In this document: positions 29,526 to 39,899 of the stretch, in pieces | Numbering within the stretch: position 1 is the first letter of the stretch | How the letters are laid out: each line of letters opens with the position of its first letter | Assembly: GCA_963775685.1 (NCBI GenBank) | Contig: CAVZJV010000014.1 | Coordinates: 1,664,001 to 1,728,000, forward strand | Source: Candidatus Bathyarchaeota archaeon | GTDB lineage: Archaea; Thermoproteota; Bathyarchaeia; Bathyarchaeales; Bathycorpusculaceae | Direction: 5' to 3' | DNA length: 64,000 nucleotides | Notes under the pieces: generated by a model | What the model saw: the letters and a program-made list of their open reading frames with translations, nothing else | Told to the model about the DNA's origin: nothing | The model's database searches: none | Program-made: the position numbers and the translations under genes

Positions 29526-30467
29526 GTGACTTATGTGATTGATTGGTCGCAGAAAGAGCTGTTAATTTTAGCGTTTGACCATCGAGCGTCGTTCTTAGAA
29601 AAAATGTTCGGCATCAAAGGTCGTCAACCAACCCCCCAAGAAAAGCAGCAAATCGAAGACTACAAGAAAATAATTTTTGAAGGATTCCGATTAGCCACAG
29701 AGAAAAACGTCCCCAAAGAAATTGCGGGTTTACTTGTGGATGAAGAGTTCGGAGCTAGTGTTTTGCGTGAAGCAAAAAAAGAGGGGTTAATGTTTGCTAT
29801 GCCTGTGGAGAAGTCAGGTCAAGAAGAGTTTGACTTTGACTATGGAGACAACTTTGCCAAACACATCGAAGAGTTTGACCCAACTTTCGTGAAAGTTCTG
29901 GTACGCTACAACCCAGAAGGCGACGCTGCAATTAACAAGAGGCAGCTTGAACGGCTAAAGAAACTTAGTGACTATCTAGCCCAGAAGAAAAGACCGTTCC
30001 TCTTTGAATTGATAGTTCCCTCAACATCGTCTCAGTTGGCAAAGCTTGGCGGGTCAAAAGGAAAATATGATCAGGAACTCCGCCCTAACCTCATGGTTGA
30101 CTCCATAAAAGAGATTCAGGATGCGGGTGTGGAACCAGTCATCTGGAAACTCGAAGGCGTGGACAAGCCAGAATCAGCCAAAGCTGTGGTTAAGCAAGCT
30201 CAGAGCGGCGGTAGAAAAGTTGGCGTAATAACCTTGGGACGCGGTGAATCCAAAGAGAAAGTACAGGAATGGCTTAAAGTCGGGGCAAAAATCCCAGGCA
30301 TCATTGGCTTCGCGGTTGGAAGAACTATTTTCTGGGAGCCACTTGCAGATCACAAATCAGGCAAAACCAACAGGAAAGAAGCTATGGAAAAAGTCGCTCA
30401 AACCTACCAAGAGTTCGCTGATTTATGGCTAAATGAATGTAAGGGCAAAATGGAGATAAAAAAATGA
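29526..30467 (+). CDS. Stand-alone DUF2090 protein, class I aldolase-like (LacD-like TIM barrel)
   Basis: LAFDHR, VKVLVRYNP, FLFEL, WKLEG (putative Schiff-base Lys), GFAVGRTIF. Confidence 0.82.
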   Translation: MTYVIDWSQKELLILAFDHRASFLEKMFGIKGRQPTPQEKQQIEDYKKIIFEGFRLATEKNVPKEIAGLLVDEEFGASVLREAKKEGLMFAMPVEKSGQEEFDFDYGDNFAKHIEEFDPTFVKVLVRYNPEGDAAINKRQLERLKKLSDYLAQKKRPFLFELIVPSTSSQLAKLGGSKGKYDQELRPNLMVDSIKEIQDAGVEPVIWKLEGVDKPESAKAVVKQAQSGGRKVGVITLGRGESKEKVQEWLKVGAKIPGIIGFAVGRTIFWEPLADHKSGKTNRKEAMEKVAQTYQEFADLWLNECKGKMEIKK

Positions 30468-31447
30468 CCTCATTAAGGTCGTTATCGCCTTCTTTAATAA
30501 GAATCACAACCGCTGGAGCAGTAGGAGCAGCATTACACATAGGCAAAGGTGATCCAGACAAAGTTGACCAAACTGCCTTGGATTTTTCCAGGGCTGTGCT
30601 AAACCAAACCGAAGTCGATGGAGAAGTCATCTGCTGCGAAGGACCAAAAGACAATGCCCCAGCATTCAGCTACATGGAAAAAGTCGGTACCGGAAATGGT
30701 CCCAAAGTAGAGTTTGTCATCGACCAAGTGGACGGGACTACTGCAACTTCCAAAGGAAAAAAAGACGCAATCTCAGCATTAGCATGCGCGCCATCAGGGT
30801 GTTTGAAAATTTTACCAGATGACGGTTACTACTTCAAAGTCGCCACCGATGGTATCGCGAAAGGAAAGATTAACCTGGAAATGTCAGTTGAAGAAATAGT
30901 TGAGACCATCGCTAAACTGAAGAATAGACCCTTGGCAAATTTCACGGTTATTATGCTTGAGCGCGAAAGACACACTGAATTGCTTGCAAAGCTAAGAAAA
31001 ATGGGTGTAAGAATCATCCTCATCACCGATGGCGATATCGCGGGCTCCATTGTTACATGCTTATCTGATTCAGGCGTTGACTTGCTTATAGGAGCAGGAG
31101 CGGGAGCAGAAGCCACAATCGCGGCGGTAGCAGTGAAATGCCTTGGCGGAACCATGCTCATTAAGGTTTGGAAGGACAAAAAAGATGATGCCAAACGAAT
31201 GGACCGGTTAAAAGCGGCAGGCATTGACGTTGAAAAAACCTACACGGAAGACGAGTTAGCAAAGGGCAACGAAATGATTTTTGCAGCTTCAGGCGTAACG
31301 AAAGGCGAATTACTAGATGGTGTACGGTTCACTTCTGGCGGTGCAACCGTCCAATCGATTTGCACAAGACTGCCCAGCGGCACCCTAGAGTGGTCAACCA
31401 CTAACTTGAAGTTCGGAGACCACCCCATCTACAGCCAAATAACCTAA
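30464..31447 (+). CDS. glpX: Class II fructose-1,6-bisphosphatase (GlpX family), divergent
   Basis: EGPKDNAP, DQVDGT, RERH, LITDGDI, ASGVTKGELLDGVRF; ATGA overlap with DUF2090 gene. Confidence 0.85.
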   Translation: MTSLRSLSPSLIRITTAGAVGAALHIGKGDPDKVDQTALDFSRAVLNQTEVDGEVICCEGPKDNAPAFSYMEKVGTGNGPKVEFVIDQVDGTTATSKGKKDAISALACAPSGCLKILPDDGYYFKVATDGIAKGKINLEMSVEEIVETIAKLKNRPLANFTVIMLERERHTELLAKLRKMGVRIILITDGDIAGSIVTCLSDSGVDLLIGAGAGAEATIAAVAVKCLGGTMLIKVWKDKKDDAKRMDRLKAAGIDVEKTYTEDELAKGNEMIFAASGVTKGELLDGVRFTSGGATVQSICTRLPSGTLEWSTTNLKFGDHPIYSQIT

Positions 31448-31509
31448 CACCCATTCTTTGGGCAAAAATTTCTTTTAATTAAAATTAATAAAAATTTAGA
31501 ATTGAGGAG

Positions 31510-32103
31510 TTAACTGTGACTATGGTTGTGAGATTGGTCGTCTTCTGTTGGAATAACTTGACCAGATAGTTTGACCAATTCAAGATATCGATGCTCCACG
31601 ATTTCTTGAAGTTGTTTGCGAAGGGTCTCTCCGACAACAATTCTTTTTTTTAGCAAAATGGTTTTTTTGGCTAACTCCTCATCACCTAACCCCTTAAACC
31701 ATGCTTCAAAATCTCCCCTCTGCATATGAAAATCTACTGAGGCTAGGTCCGCTCGGTCAAGCTTGTTTGCAAAGTCTCTTAGGCTGTGAGCATGAATGTT
31801 TAGAGGTTTTCCAAATGTGGCATAGAAGTTAAATGCCTTATCATGCGGCGCGTATGCCAATATTGCATCAGCCTTTTCTTTAGTGATTCCGGTTATGCCG
31901 AGCATTTTTTTCCCTTTCTCGGTAATAGCATAAAGTCCTTTCTCCGGCATAGCCACGTAACCCATTTTGATGAGCCCTAAAAGGTGCATGTTGGTGGGCT
32001 GATATTCTTTTTTGGCTTCTTTAGCGATGTCTATGGCTTTCTCTGGTTTTCCATTTAGGAGCATAGTTTCCAGTATTTCTTGTTTAATAGACGATAAACT
32101 CAT
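31510..32103 (-). CDS. Winged-helix + DUF5752-like domain protein
   Basis: N-terminal HLLGLIKMGYV...YAITEKG wHTH; C-terminal AFNFY...SLRDF...DFHMQRGDFEAW..LGDEELA. Confidence 0.8.
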   Translation of the reverse strand: MSLSSIKQEILETMLLNGKPEKAIDIAKEAKKEYQPTNMHLLGLIKMGYVAMPEKGLYAITEKGKKMLGITGITKEKADAILAYAPHDKAFNFYATFGKPLNIHAHSLRDFANKLDRADLASVDFHMQRGDFEAWFKGLGDEELAKKTILLKKRIVVGETLRKQLQEIVEHRYLELVKLSGQVIPTEDDQSHNHSHS

Positions 32104-32269
32104 TTTGAGCACCTTACTTTTAGTCTATATAAAATGAAGCTAATCAAACTTTTCCCCAAATTTTCCGCTTTCACTAACAGTTTAGATGGGCTCCAAGTAG
32201 TGATCGCAGATAAGTAAAGCTTTAGTACGGTGATTCATATGCTAAATACCAAATGGGTGACTGAAAGAC

Positions 32270-33521
32270 ATGAAGATCGCTGTTTTTGTCTACGAATACC
32301 CGCCAAAAATCGTCGGCGGACTAGGAACGTACGCTGCAGAGATTACCCGCAAATTTGTCTTAAACGACCACGATGTAACCGTCTTCACCATGAATGATGA
32401 TGAGGGTTCGCTACCGACTCGAGAAATTTGGCGTGGCATAGAAATCCATCGTCCCCTCCACATAGATGTTTCCGATTCGTTACCCGATGTAATCGCTGAG
32501 GACATAAGAAAATGGGGGCGAGGCATTCACTTGTTCGGCAAATTGATGGTCTACAATTATCTGTCAGCGGCAAAGCTGGTTAACGAACTTATCAAAAAAG
32601 AAGGCATGAAATACGATGTTGTTGTGGCGCACGATTGGCTCTCAGCTATGGGAGGAATCACAGTTAAACGCGAAACAGGGTTGCCTTTGGCTTTCCATGT
32701 CCACTCTACTGAGAAGGGCAGAACGTTAGGGAATGGTTCAAGTGTTGTTAGTAACATCGAGTTAAGGGCTGGCAAGATGGCGGATATGGTTGTCACGGTC
32801 TCTTACGCCATGAAAGATGAGCTGGTTCAGCTGGGTTTTCCCAAAGAGAAGATTCAAGTTAGCTACAACGGAGTTGACCCCCAAAAGTACAAGCCTGAAA
32901 ACGTGTCTAAGGAAAATATTCAGAAAACTAGGGCAAAATATGGCATTAAAGATGACGAGTTTATGATTCTTTTCCTCGGACGTCTAGTATTGGTTAAAGG
33001 CGTTGACAAGTTGATCCTGGCTATGCCTCACATCATCGCCAAGATGCCTAAAGTTAAATTGGTAGTCGTTGGCGTTGGCGACTTACAAGAATATTTAAGC
33101 AACCTTACTCGTATGACAAAACTGGATGAATACGTCAAATTCTGCTTCGACTTCATCCCAGAAGAAGAAAGAATCCAACATTACGCGGCCTGCGATATAG
33201 CAGTGTTTCCAAGCCAGTATGAACCCTTTGGGATAGTTGCAATCGAAGCCATGGCAATGGAGAAACCAGTCGTGGTCGGCGCTTCTGGAGTCAGCGGAAT
33301 GCGGGAAATAGTGATTTGCTGTGGAGAAGAGCAATGTGGATACCACATAGACCCCAACAATCCCTCAGACATCGCATGGGGAGTAATCAGCGCATTGGAA
33401 AACCCTGCGAGACGAAAAATGTCTGGGCAAGAACGGCAGAAAACGCGTCTTGGCAGAGTTCACATGGAACAAAATAGCCGAGAAAACCATTGAACTCTAT
33501 GAAACAATCGCTAAACGGTAA
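32270..33521 (+). CDS. GT4 glycosyltransferase (glycogen synthase-like), apparent +1 frameshift near the 3' end
   Basis: EYPPKIVGGLG, HDW, HSTE, GRL..KG, EPFGIVAIEAM; removing one A at ~33417 restores LGKNGRKRVLAEFTWNKIAEKTIELY. Confidence 0.88.
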
Positions 33522-33526
33522 ACCCT

Positions 33527-34141
33527 TTGTCTGACGACTTTGATTTAAAGTACAGAGTCACAAGAGAAGCCGCCACGCTCATATATTTTGGGGCTGAAAA
33601 AGAGTACAAGCAGGCTAAGCGGAAGGCAGCTCAGGTTTTTGGGGCTCATTTTTTGCCCTCTAACCTCGAAGTTGCCCTGGAACTTGACAAGATTTCTGAG
33701 GAAAACGAGGGCGCAAAGAGAAAAGAAAGCTTAGTGCAAATGCGTAAAGAAGCATTGGAAGTGATGAGGCTTTTAGCCAAGTTTTGCCCTGTTTTAATTG
33801 GCAGCGTTTGGCGAGGCACAATTAGGCGTGGAAGCGACATCGACATTGCCGTTTACTCCGACGACGCGGAAGAAATCCTAATAATCCTAAAATCTGCCTG
33901 TGTAAAAGTTTCGAAAACAGCGTGGGCTACCGTTAACAAGCGTGGAACAACTCTTTCGTCATTCCATATTTACGCCGAAACCGCATCTAAACATGCGCTG
34001 GAAATCGTTGCTCGCTGCCAAGAGGAAGCAGGGAAAAAAAGGAAATGTGAAACGTTCGGCGACGAACTTAAAGGCTTAAACATTAAAGAACTTGAAAGAG
34101 TCCTCGAATCCAACCCGACTCAACAGTTCATCCCATCATAA
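33527..34141 (+). CDS. Predicted nucleotidyltransferase
   Basis: LIGSVWRG...SDIDIAV. Confidence 0.82.
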   Translation: MSDDFDLKYRVTREAATLIYFGAEKEYKQAKRKAAQVFGAHFLPSNLEVALELDKISEENEGAKRKESLVQMRKEALEVMRLLAKFCPVLIGSVWRGTIRRGSDIDIAVYSDDAEEILIILKSACVKVSKTAWATVNKRGTTLSSFHIYAETASKHALEIVARCQEEAGKKRKCETFGDELKGLNIKELERVLESNPTQQFIPS

Positions 34142-34221
34142 TTCTCTCTGAAAAACATTTTTTTCTTCAAAAAAGAAAATAAATGACGCGTTCAAATATT
34201 ATTTTTGTACACTGATGCAAG

Positions 34222-34626
34222 ATGGCAACAGATAAAAAATCCATCAAAAAAATATTTCCACATCTCTACGAAGAGCTTGAATCTGGAGAAGTCAAGGTTC
34301 CAATTAACGCTGTACGGAAAAACACCTTGGAAGCAGAGGAAGAGGTCACTGAAGAGGGGAAACATGAAGATTGCACAGAAGAAGAGTTTGTTTGCAGTGA
34401 GACGCCTGATAAATTACGACATTTTAACCCTTCAGCCGTAGATTTTATTCGTCGTTGCGATACAGAAGCCCAAGCAGAGGAAATCATCGTTTACTTAGAA
34501 AAGAAGGGCGAAATAACTAAAGAAAATGCTAAGGACATGCGGTGCCAACTCATAAGGGATGGCGTAAGGAGCTTCGGCCCCAAAAAAGAAGAGTACCATT
34601 ACTTCAAAGAAGGCGGCCTTTATTAA
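34222..34626 (+). CDS. DUF2095-like conserved archaeal protein
   Basis: FPHLYEEL, PSAVDFIRRC, GVRSFGPKK. Confidence 0.75.
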   Translation: MATDKKSIKKIFPHLYEELESGEVKVPINAVRKNTLEAEEEVTEEGKHEDCTEEEFVCSETPDKLRHFNPSAVDFIRRCDTEAQAEEIIVYLEKKGEITKENAKDMRCQLIRDGVRSFGPKKEEYHYFKEGGLY

Positions 34627-34793
34627 GCCATCTTTAACCTTTCTATATTAAAAACCCTATTTTTGCCTTTGACAAGGGAGCTATAGGTTTTTCTGGGCAA
34701 TTGAGTTCGCGTTAACTAAGACCTGCTTTTTGGTCGGAAAATTAATAAAGTTAGAGTGGCTTGTTACAGTTTTACAGGTATAGGTGAATTGTT

Positions 34794-35816
34794 ATGGCGA
34801 ATATAAAAGTTGGAATCAATGGTTTTGGAAGGATCGGAAGACTTCTCTACCGAGCAGCCATCGAAAAGAACGCAAATATTGATTTTGTGGCCATCAACGA
34901 CTTGGCAGATGCAAAAACAAACGCTCACTTGCTCAAATACGACTCAGTTCACGGACGCTTTCCAGGAACTGTTGAAGTCAAAGGCAACGACCTAGTTGTC
35001 AATGGAAAAGACCTCAAATGCCTCAGCATGAGAGACCCAGCGCAACTTCCATGGAAAGATCTAGGAGTTTATTTAGCCGTTGAGTCAACAGGCTTATTTA
35101 CCAACCGTGAAGGCGCAACCAAGCACCTCATTGCGGGAGCCCAAAAAGTCTTAATCAGTGCCCCAGCCACCGACCCGGATGCAACCTTCGTTTTAGGTGT
35201 TAATGACACTACATACGATCACGACAAACATAATATTCTCTCAAACGCCAGTTGCACAACTAACTGCCTAGCCCCCGTCAGCAAAGTCTTATCCGACAGC
35301 TTCGGACTCGAAAAAGCACTCATGACAACATGCCACAGCTACACAAATGACCAACGCATCCAAGATGTCGTGCACAAAGATCCCCGCAGAGCAAGAGCAG
35401 CAGCCATAAACATCATTCCAACAAGCACAGGCGCTGCAAAAGCAATCGGGTTAGTTCTGCCAAGCTGCGCAGGAAAAATGAACGGCTATTCTCTACGAGT
35501 CCCAACGCCAGACGTATCCATCGTTGACCTAACTGCAATATTAGGTAAAGAAGTCACCAAAGAAGAAATAAACGCAGCCATGAAACAAGCCGCTCAAGGC
35601 CCTCTAAAAGGTATACTCGAATACATCGAAGACCCAATTGTCTCAACCGACGTTCTCCACAGCACAGCTTCAGCAGTCCTCGACTCACAATTAACCATGG
35701 TTCTAGGCGAGAAGAGCAATTTCGTGAAGGTCTTTGCATGGTACGACAACGAATGGGGCTTTAGCAACCGCATGGTTGATTTCATCGAAATGATTGGCAA
35801 AAAAGCCAACCTCTAA
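34794..35816 (+). CDS. gap: Type I (bacterial-type) glyceraldehyde-3-phosphate dehydrogenase
   Basis: [26 protein letters not shown]. Confidence 0.96.
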   Translation: MANIKVGINGFGRIGRLLYRAAIEKNANIDFVAINDLADAKTNAHLLKYDSVHGRFPGTVEVKGNDLVVNGKDLKCLSMRDPAQLPWKDLGVYLAVESTGLFTNREGATKHLIAGAQKVLISAPATDPDATFVLGVNDTTYDHDKHNILSNASCTTNCLAPVSKVLSDSFGLEKALMTTCHSYTNDQRIQDVVHKDPRRARAAAINIIPTSTGAAKAIGLVLPSCAGKMNGYSLRVPTPDVSIVDLTAILGKEVTKEEINAAMKQAAQGPLKGILEYIEDPIVSTDVLHSTASAVLDSQLTMVLGEKSNFVKVFAWYDNEWGFSNRMVDFIEMIGKKANL

Positions 35817-35888
35817 TACACCCTCAAACAAACTTAAATCCATCCTTTCTTTTCCTTTTTTAAAATAAAAAGTGAAGGCGTATGTGTT

Positions 35889-37121
35889 ATGGGAAAGTAC
35901 AAAACTTTGGATGATTTTGACGTTAAGAACAAAGTTGTTCTTGTCAGAGTGGATTTTAACTCGGAAATAGACCCGCAAACCAAGAAGGTAAACAGCGATG
36001 TGCGGATTAGGGCACATGCGGAATCAACGCTCACAGAGTTAGCTGAGAAAGGTGCCAAAACCGTTGTTCTTGCGCATCAAGGCAGAAAAGGCGATCCAGA
36101 TTACACACCTCTAAAGGAGCATGCAGAAATTCTGTCGAAAATCCTCAAATGCCCGGTAAAATATGTTGACGATGTCTTCGGCGATAAAGCCAAAACCGCC
36201 ATAAAAGACCTCAAAGGTGGAGAAATCCTTGTTTTGGAGAACGTGCGTAGCTGGGATAGAGAAACAAAAAGTTCAACACCTGAAGAAGCAAGCAAAACCG
36301 AACTAGTGCAGAACCTTGCGCCATTAGCCGATTTGTTTGTTAACGATGCTTTTGCAGCAGCGCATCGAGGCCACGTCAGCATGGTTGGCTTCACTGCAGT
36401 TTTGCCTTCAGCCGCTGGTCGCATAATGGAACGTGAATTAACCTCGCTCAGCAAAGCTTTAGAGAAGCCAGAAAAACCATCGGTTTACGTTATGGGTGGA
36501 GCAAAAGCCGACGACAGTTTAGAAATCAGTAAATACGTTTTAAGCAAAGGCATCGCAGACTCCGTTCTTACAGGTGGAGTAACGGGACAATTGTTCTTGG
36601 CAGCCAAAGGCGTTGATTTGGGCAAGGGAAACATGATGTTTCTGGAAAAGAAGGAGTTGACAGGGTTGATTCCCGGCATAAAAGCGTTAGAAGCGCAGTT
36701 CGGCGACAAAGTTATGGTCCCATCAGACATTGCATTAGACATGAATGGCAAACGTATAGAACTCCCAGTTAGCAAACTTCCCACCGAAAACTCGATTCTG
36801 GACATCGGCGCCAAAACCGTTGAAGCCTATGCAAAAATCATCTCGTCAGCCAAATCAATCGTAGTCAGCGGACCAATGGGAGTCTACGAAGACAAAGAAT
36901 TCAACTACGGCACCAAAAAAGTGTTTGAAGCCATCGCAAACAGCGAAGCCTTCAGTCTTGCAGGAGGCGGAAATACCATAGCTGCCATCAAAGAGTACGG
37001 TTTAAACAAAAAAATAGGCTATATCAGCACTGCGGGCGGAGCGCTCATCGAATTCTTGATGGGCAAGAAGCTTCCAGGAGTTGTTGCACTGGAAAACGCG
37101 GTTCAAACCAAAAAAATCTAA
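35889..37121 (+). CDS. pgk: Phosphoglycerate kinase
   Basis: VRVDFN, LENVR, VNDAFAAAHR, GGAK, STAGGA. Confidence 0.96.
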   Translation: MGKYKTLDDFDVKNKVVLVRVDFNSEIDPQTKKVNSDVRIRAHAESTLTELAEKGAKTVVLAHQGRKGDPDYTPLKEHAEILSKILKCPVKYVDDVFGDKAKTAIKDLKGGEILVLENVRSWDRETKSSTPEEASKTELVQNLAPLADLFVNDAFAAAHRGHVSMVGFTAVLPSAAGRIMERELTSLSKALEKPEKPSVYVMGGAKADDSLEISKYVLSKGIADSVLTGGVTGQLFLAAKGVDLGKGNMMFLEKKELTGLIPGIKALEAQFGDKVMVPSDIALDMNGKRIELPVSKLPTENSILDIGAKTVEAYAKIISSAKSIVVSGPMGVYEDKEFNYGTKKVFEAIANSEAFSLAGGGNTIAAIKEYGLNKKIGYISTAGGALIEFLMGKKLPGVVALENAVQTKKI

Positions 37122-37200
37122 TTTCCTTATCTTTTCTTTTGTTATCTTCGAGCTCAAATATAAATCAAAAAAGTTGGTTTCCAAAAGGTTTGTTTTTTGT

Positions 37201-37716
37201 TTAGTAGAGTTGTTTTCCACAGTTGGGGCAGAAACGTTCATTTGCTTGTACGATTCGTCCACATTGTGGACAAACACGAGTAGCTGATTGCTGTTGCGGC
37301 TCATCAGAAGTTTGTTGTGGTGGTGGACCATAGTATGGTTGTCGTGGTGGCCCATATTGTTTCTGAGGGGCTCCAACAAGAACAGGTGTGTAGATTAGTG
37401 TGAGAAGGCCTCCAACGAACCCGAGAAGGCCTCCAACGCCAAGGAGTGAGAATACGAGTATAAGTGCACCCCATTTTGTATGTTCCATTGGATTTGCCTT
37501 TAGATTGCGTGCGAAGATAATTACTAATGTCGAGGCTACGAACATCCAGATTCCTAAACCAGCGACACCAATGAAGCCTATTCCAAAAGTGAACACTCCA
37601 AGTAGTGCTCCGATGACGATTAGTACTATGCCCGCCAGTAAACCTATTATTGCGCCGATAATGGACAGCCAGTATGCTGCTGTTGGTTGGTTTTGAACTT
37701 GATTTTGCTGATACAT
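37201..37716 (-). CDS. Membrane protein with Pro/Gln linker and C-terminal zinc ribbon
   Basis: Gly-rich TM helices; CPQCG...FCPNCG. Confidence 0.75.
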   Translation of the reverse strand: MYQQNQVQNQPTAAYWLSIIGAIIGLLAGIVLIVIGALLGVFTFGIGFIGVAGLGIWMFVASTLVIIFARNLKANPMEHTKWGALILVFSLLGVGGLLGFVGGLLTLIYTPVLVGAPQKQYGPPRQPYYGPPPQQTSDEPQQQSATRVCPQCGRIVQANERFCPNCGKQLY

Positions 37717-37826
37717 TGTCCATTCTCCTAATTAGTCGCTTCTTTAGTTGAAGGGATATAAAAAATTTGTGATTACTTGGCCGCTTCAAAAAATTGTCCT
37801 CTTGGGCTATAATTTAAGCGCCAGGA

Positions 37827-38564
37827 TTAGAGGGAAAGAATTTGATTTAAACTCAGGCATATTGCAGTCAGATCTTTGGGCACTTGATTTGGTTCTTGTT
37901 TGCTTTCTTTTAAGTTTTTTAAGTTGTTGAATTGTGAGGGAACAAAAACGGTTCTTATTCCTGCTTGTTTGGCACCCTTGATGTCTTCGTTTGGACTGTC
38001 ACCGATGTAGACGGCTTCGTGTGCTTGAATCTGTAACTGGTTTAAGGCATACTCGAATATGTTGGAACTTGGTTTTCGCCAGCCCACTTCCTCAGAAACA
38101 ACAATCGTGTTGAAGAACTCGATTAAACGTAGCTTTCTGAGGCTTTTGTAGATGACTGGCGCGTGGGTAAAGTTTGAGATTAACGCCACCTTACATTGCC
38201 TTTTGGCTTGTTTAACCAGTTTTTTTGCGTTCTCTCGTAACTCAAGGGTATCTATGAAATCTTGAAAAAAAACATTCAAGGCAGCCTTAACACGGGCATC
38301 CTCCGCAGTCACCCCAAAACCTAAATTGCATAGTGTCTCAGCCACCCAAACAGCATTAGTAACCTCTCGCAGCTGGTCATAGCGTACTTTGCGGTATTTC
38401 TCATGTGATAAATCGTAGGCATCCAAGAACTTGTCTTTAGCTACATCAAATCCCTCGGCAACCAACGCCTTGTGGAGTTTTTGTTTTAAGACATCCATAG
38501 TGTAGTTTTTGCAGTTAACCAAGGTCCCGATGTAATCGAAGATTACGGCCTTACAAGACATCAT
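37827..38564 (-). CDS. HAD-superfamily hydrolase
   Basis: FDYIGTL, ISN, KP, GDSPNEDIKGA. Confidence 0.9.
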   Translation of the reverse strand: MMSCKAVIFDYIGTLVNCKNYTMDVLKQKLHKALVAEGFDVAKDKFLDAYDLSHEKYRKVRYDQLREVTNAVWVAETLCNLGFGVTAEDARVKAALNVFFQDFIDTLELRENAKKLVKQAKRQCKVALISNFTHAPVIYKSLRKLRLIEFFNTIVVSEEVGWRKPSSNIFEYALNQLQIQAHEAVYIGDSPNEDIKGAKQAGIRTVFVPSQFNNLKNLKESKQEPNQVPKDLTAICLSLNQILSL

Positions 38565-39298
38565 AGTTCACTTTTCGCCGATTTTTTGATTTTGGGCAAA
38601 CCTTCGCCGACAGATGTCTTCATCAGTTTCGTGGCGTTACCGATTGCAGCTTCCAACTTTGGGTCATAGGGAATTGAACCAAGATATTTCAACCCTAATT
38701 TTTCGGTTTCCACTTGCACGCAAGTTGATTTATCCATCTTCATGTTTTCTAAGACACCGATGACGGGCATCTTAAGTTCGCAGAGCAAAGATACCTGCTT
38801 TTTGACAACTTCGAAAGCCAAAAGTGACGGTGTCGTCACAATCAGAAACTCAATCCGCTTGACCAACCGCACCAAATCCAAAACCGCATCCCCGATGCCG
38901 GGCGGCATGTCAACTATTAAAAAATCCAATTTACCCCAAAGCGTTACGGTTAGCAACTCGATGAGGGCGTTTGAAACATCGTTTCCACGAAGCGGCGCAG
39001 GGTTATCTCCGACAAAGTAGACAAGCGACATATAAACTAAGCCCTCAAATGTTGGCGGAACAATGCCTTTGTCTTCTTTTGGCTGCAAGTTTGAGGGAAC
39101 TCCAAGGATTATGTGGGTTGATGGACCTGTGAAATCCAAGTCAAACAAGCCGACCCTGCAACCCTCCTTAGCAAGAGAGAGAGCCAACGCAGTGGCAACA
39201 ATGCTTTTGCCGACGCCGCCTTTGCCGCTTGAAACAACCACTATCCGTCCTATCCCAGCCAAACGTTGATTAATTACGCTTGTCCGCGGATCAATCAT
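38561..39298 (-). CDS. Mrp/MinD-family ATPase, ATP-type HypB-like hydrogenase maturation factor
   Basis: MIDPR..., SGKGGVGKS, DLDF.GPS, DMPPG; translationally coupled to hypA as in Thermococcales. Confidence 0.85.
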   Translation of the reverse strand: MIDPRTSVINQRLAGIGRIVVVSSGKGGVGKSIVATALALSLAKEGCRVGLFDLDFTGPSTHIILGVPSNLQPKEDKGIVPPTFEGLVYMSLVYFVGDNPAPLRGNDVSNALIELLTVTLWGKLDFLIVDMPPGIGDAVLDLVRLVKRIEFLIVTTPSLLAFEVVKKQVSLLCELKMPVIGVLENMKMDKSTCVQVETEKLGLKYLGSIPYDPKLEAAIGNATKLMKTSVGEGLPKIKKSAKSEL

Positions 39299-39699
39299 CA
39301 GCATTTAACCCCTTTCATGTCCTCCAGCCAAACGCCGCGTCCACTTGTGATTTCAAAATCTGGACTGCCACATTTTGGACACTTAACGTATGTATGTGCT
39401 GCCTCGGGAACAAAATGGATTGCTTCCGCAGTTGCTTTGTCGAGCTTTTTGAAGTTAAACTGCCACTTTCTGCCACATACTCTACATTTGAGCGTGGATT
39501 TAGCCTTCAAGATGCGGAATTTTGCTTTCTTGAAGGTGCCGGGTTTCATTTGGTTTAAAGCAAACCGCAAAATTGGTGGTTCAACCTGTTGAAGTTCACC
39601 GACTCTAATTGTGATTTCCGTAATTTCTTTAAGTTTTTCCTGTTCAGCAACTTGTTCTGCTGATTTTAGAATCGCTTCAGCTAATGCCCATTCATGCAT
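39298..39699 (-). CDS. hypA: Hydrogenase nickel incorporation protein HypA
   Basis: MHEWALA, GELQQV, CRVC...CPKCGS, GRG. Confidence 0.95.
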   Translation of the reverse strand: MHEWALAEAILKSAEQVAEQEKLKEITEITIRVGELQQVEPPILRFALNQMKPGTFKKAKFRILKAKSTLKCRVCGRKWQFNFKKLDKATAEAIHFVPEAAHTYVKCPKCGSPDFEITSGRGVWLEDMKGVKC

Positions 39700-39899
39700 A
39701 AAGTAAACTTAGGCTTTAAGGAACATAAAAGAATATTGCACCAGCCAACATATTTTAACCCCAAGAGCCAATCAACGAAAAAACTAGTAAGGTTGATATC
39801 GTTACTGGCGATTTTCTCAAGAAGAAAAAATCAGTTTAATCTGGAGTAAACATGTTTAAATTCGCTTGGTTAATTCAATTTGTCTTGGTAGGTGTTTCT

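Noticed and set aside
37405-37440. Tandem repeat GAGAAGGCCTCCAACG x2
   Set aside because: Encodes a repeated VGGLL motif inside a membrane protein
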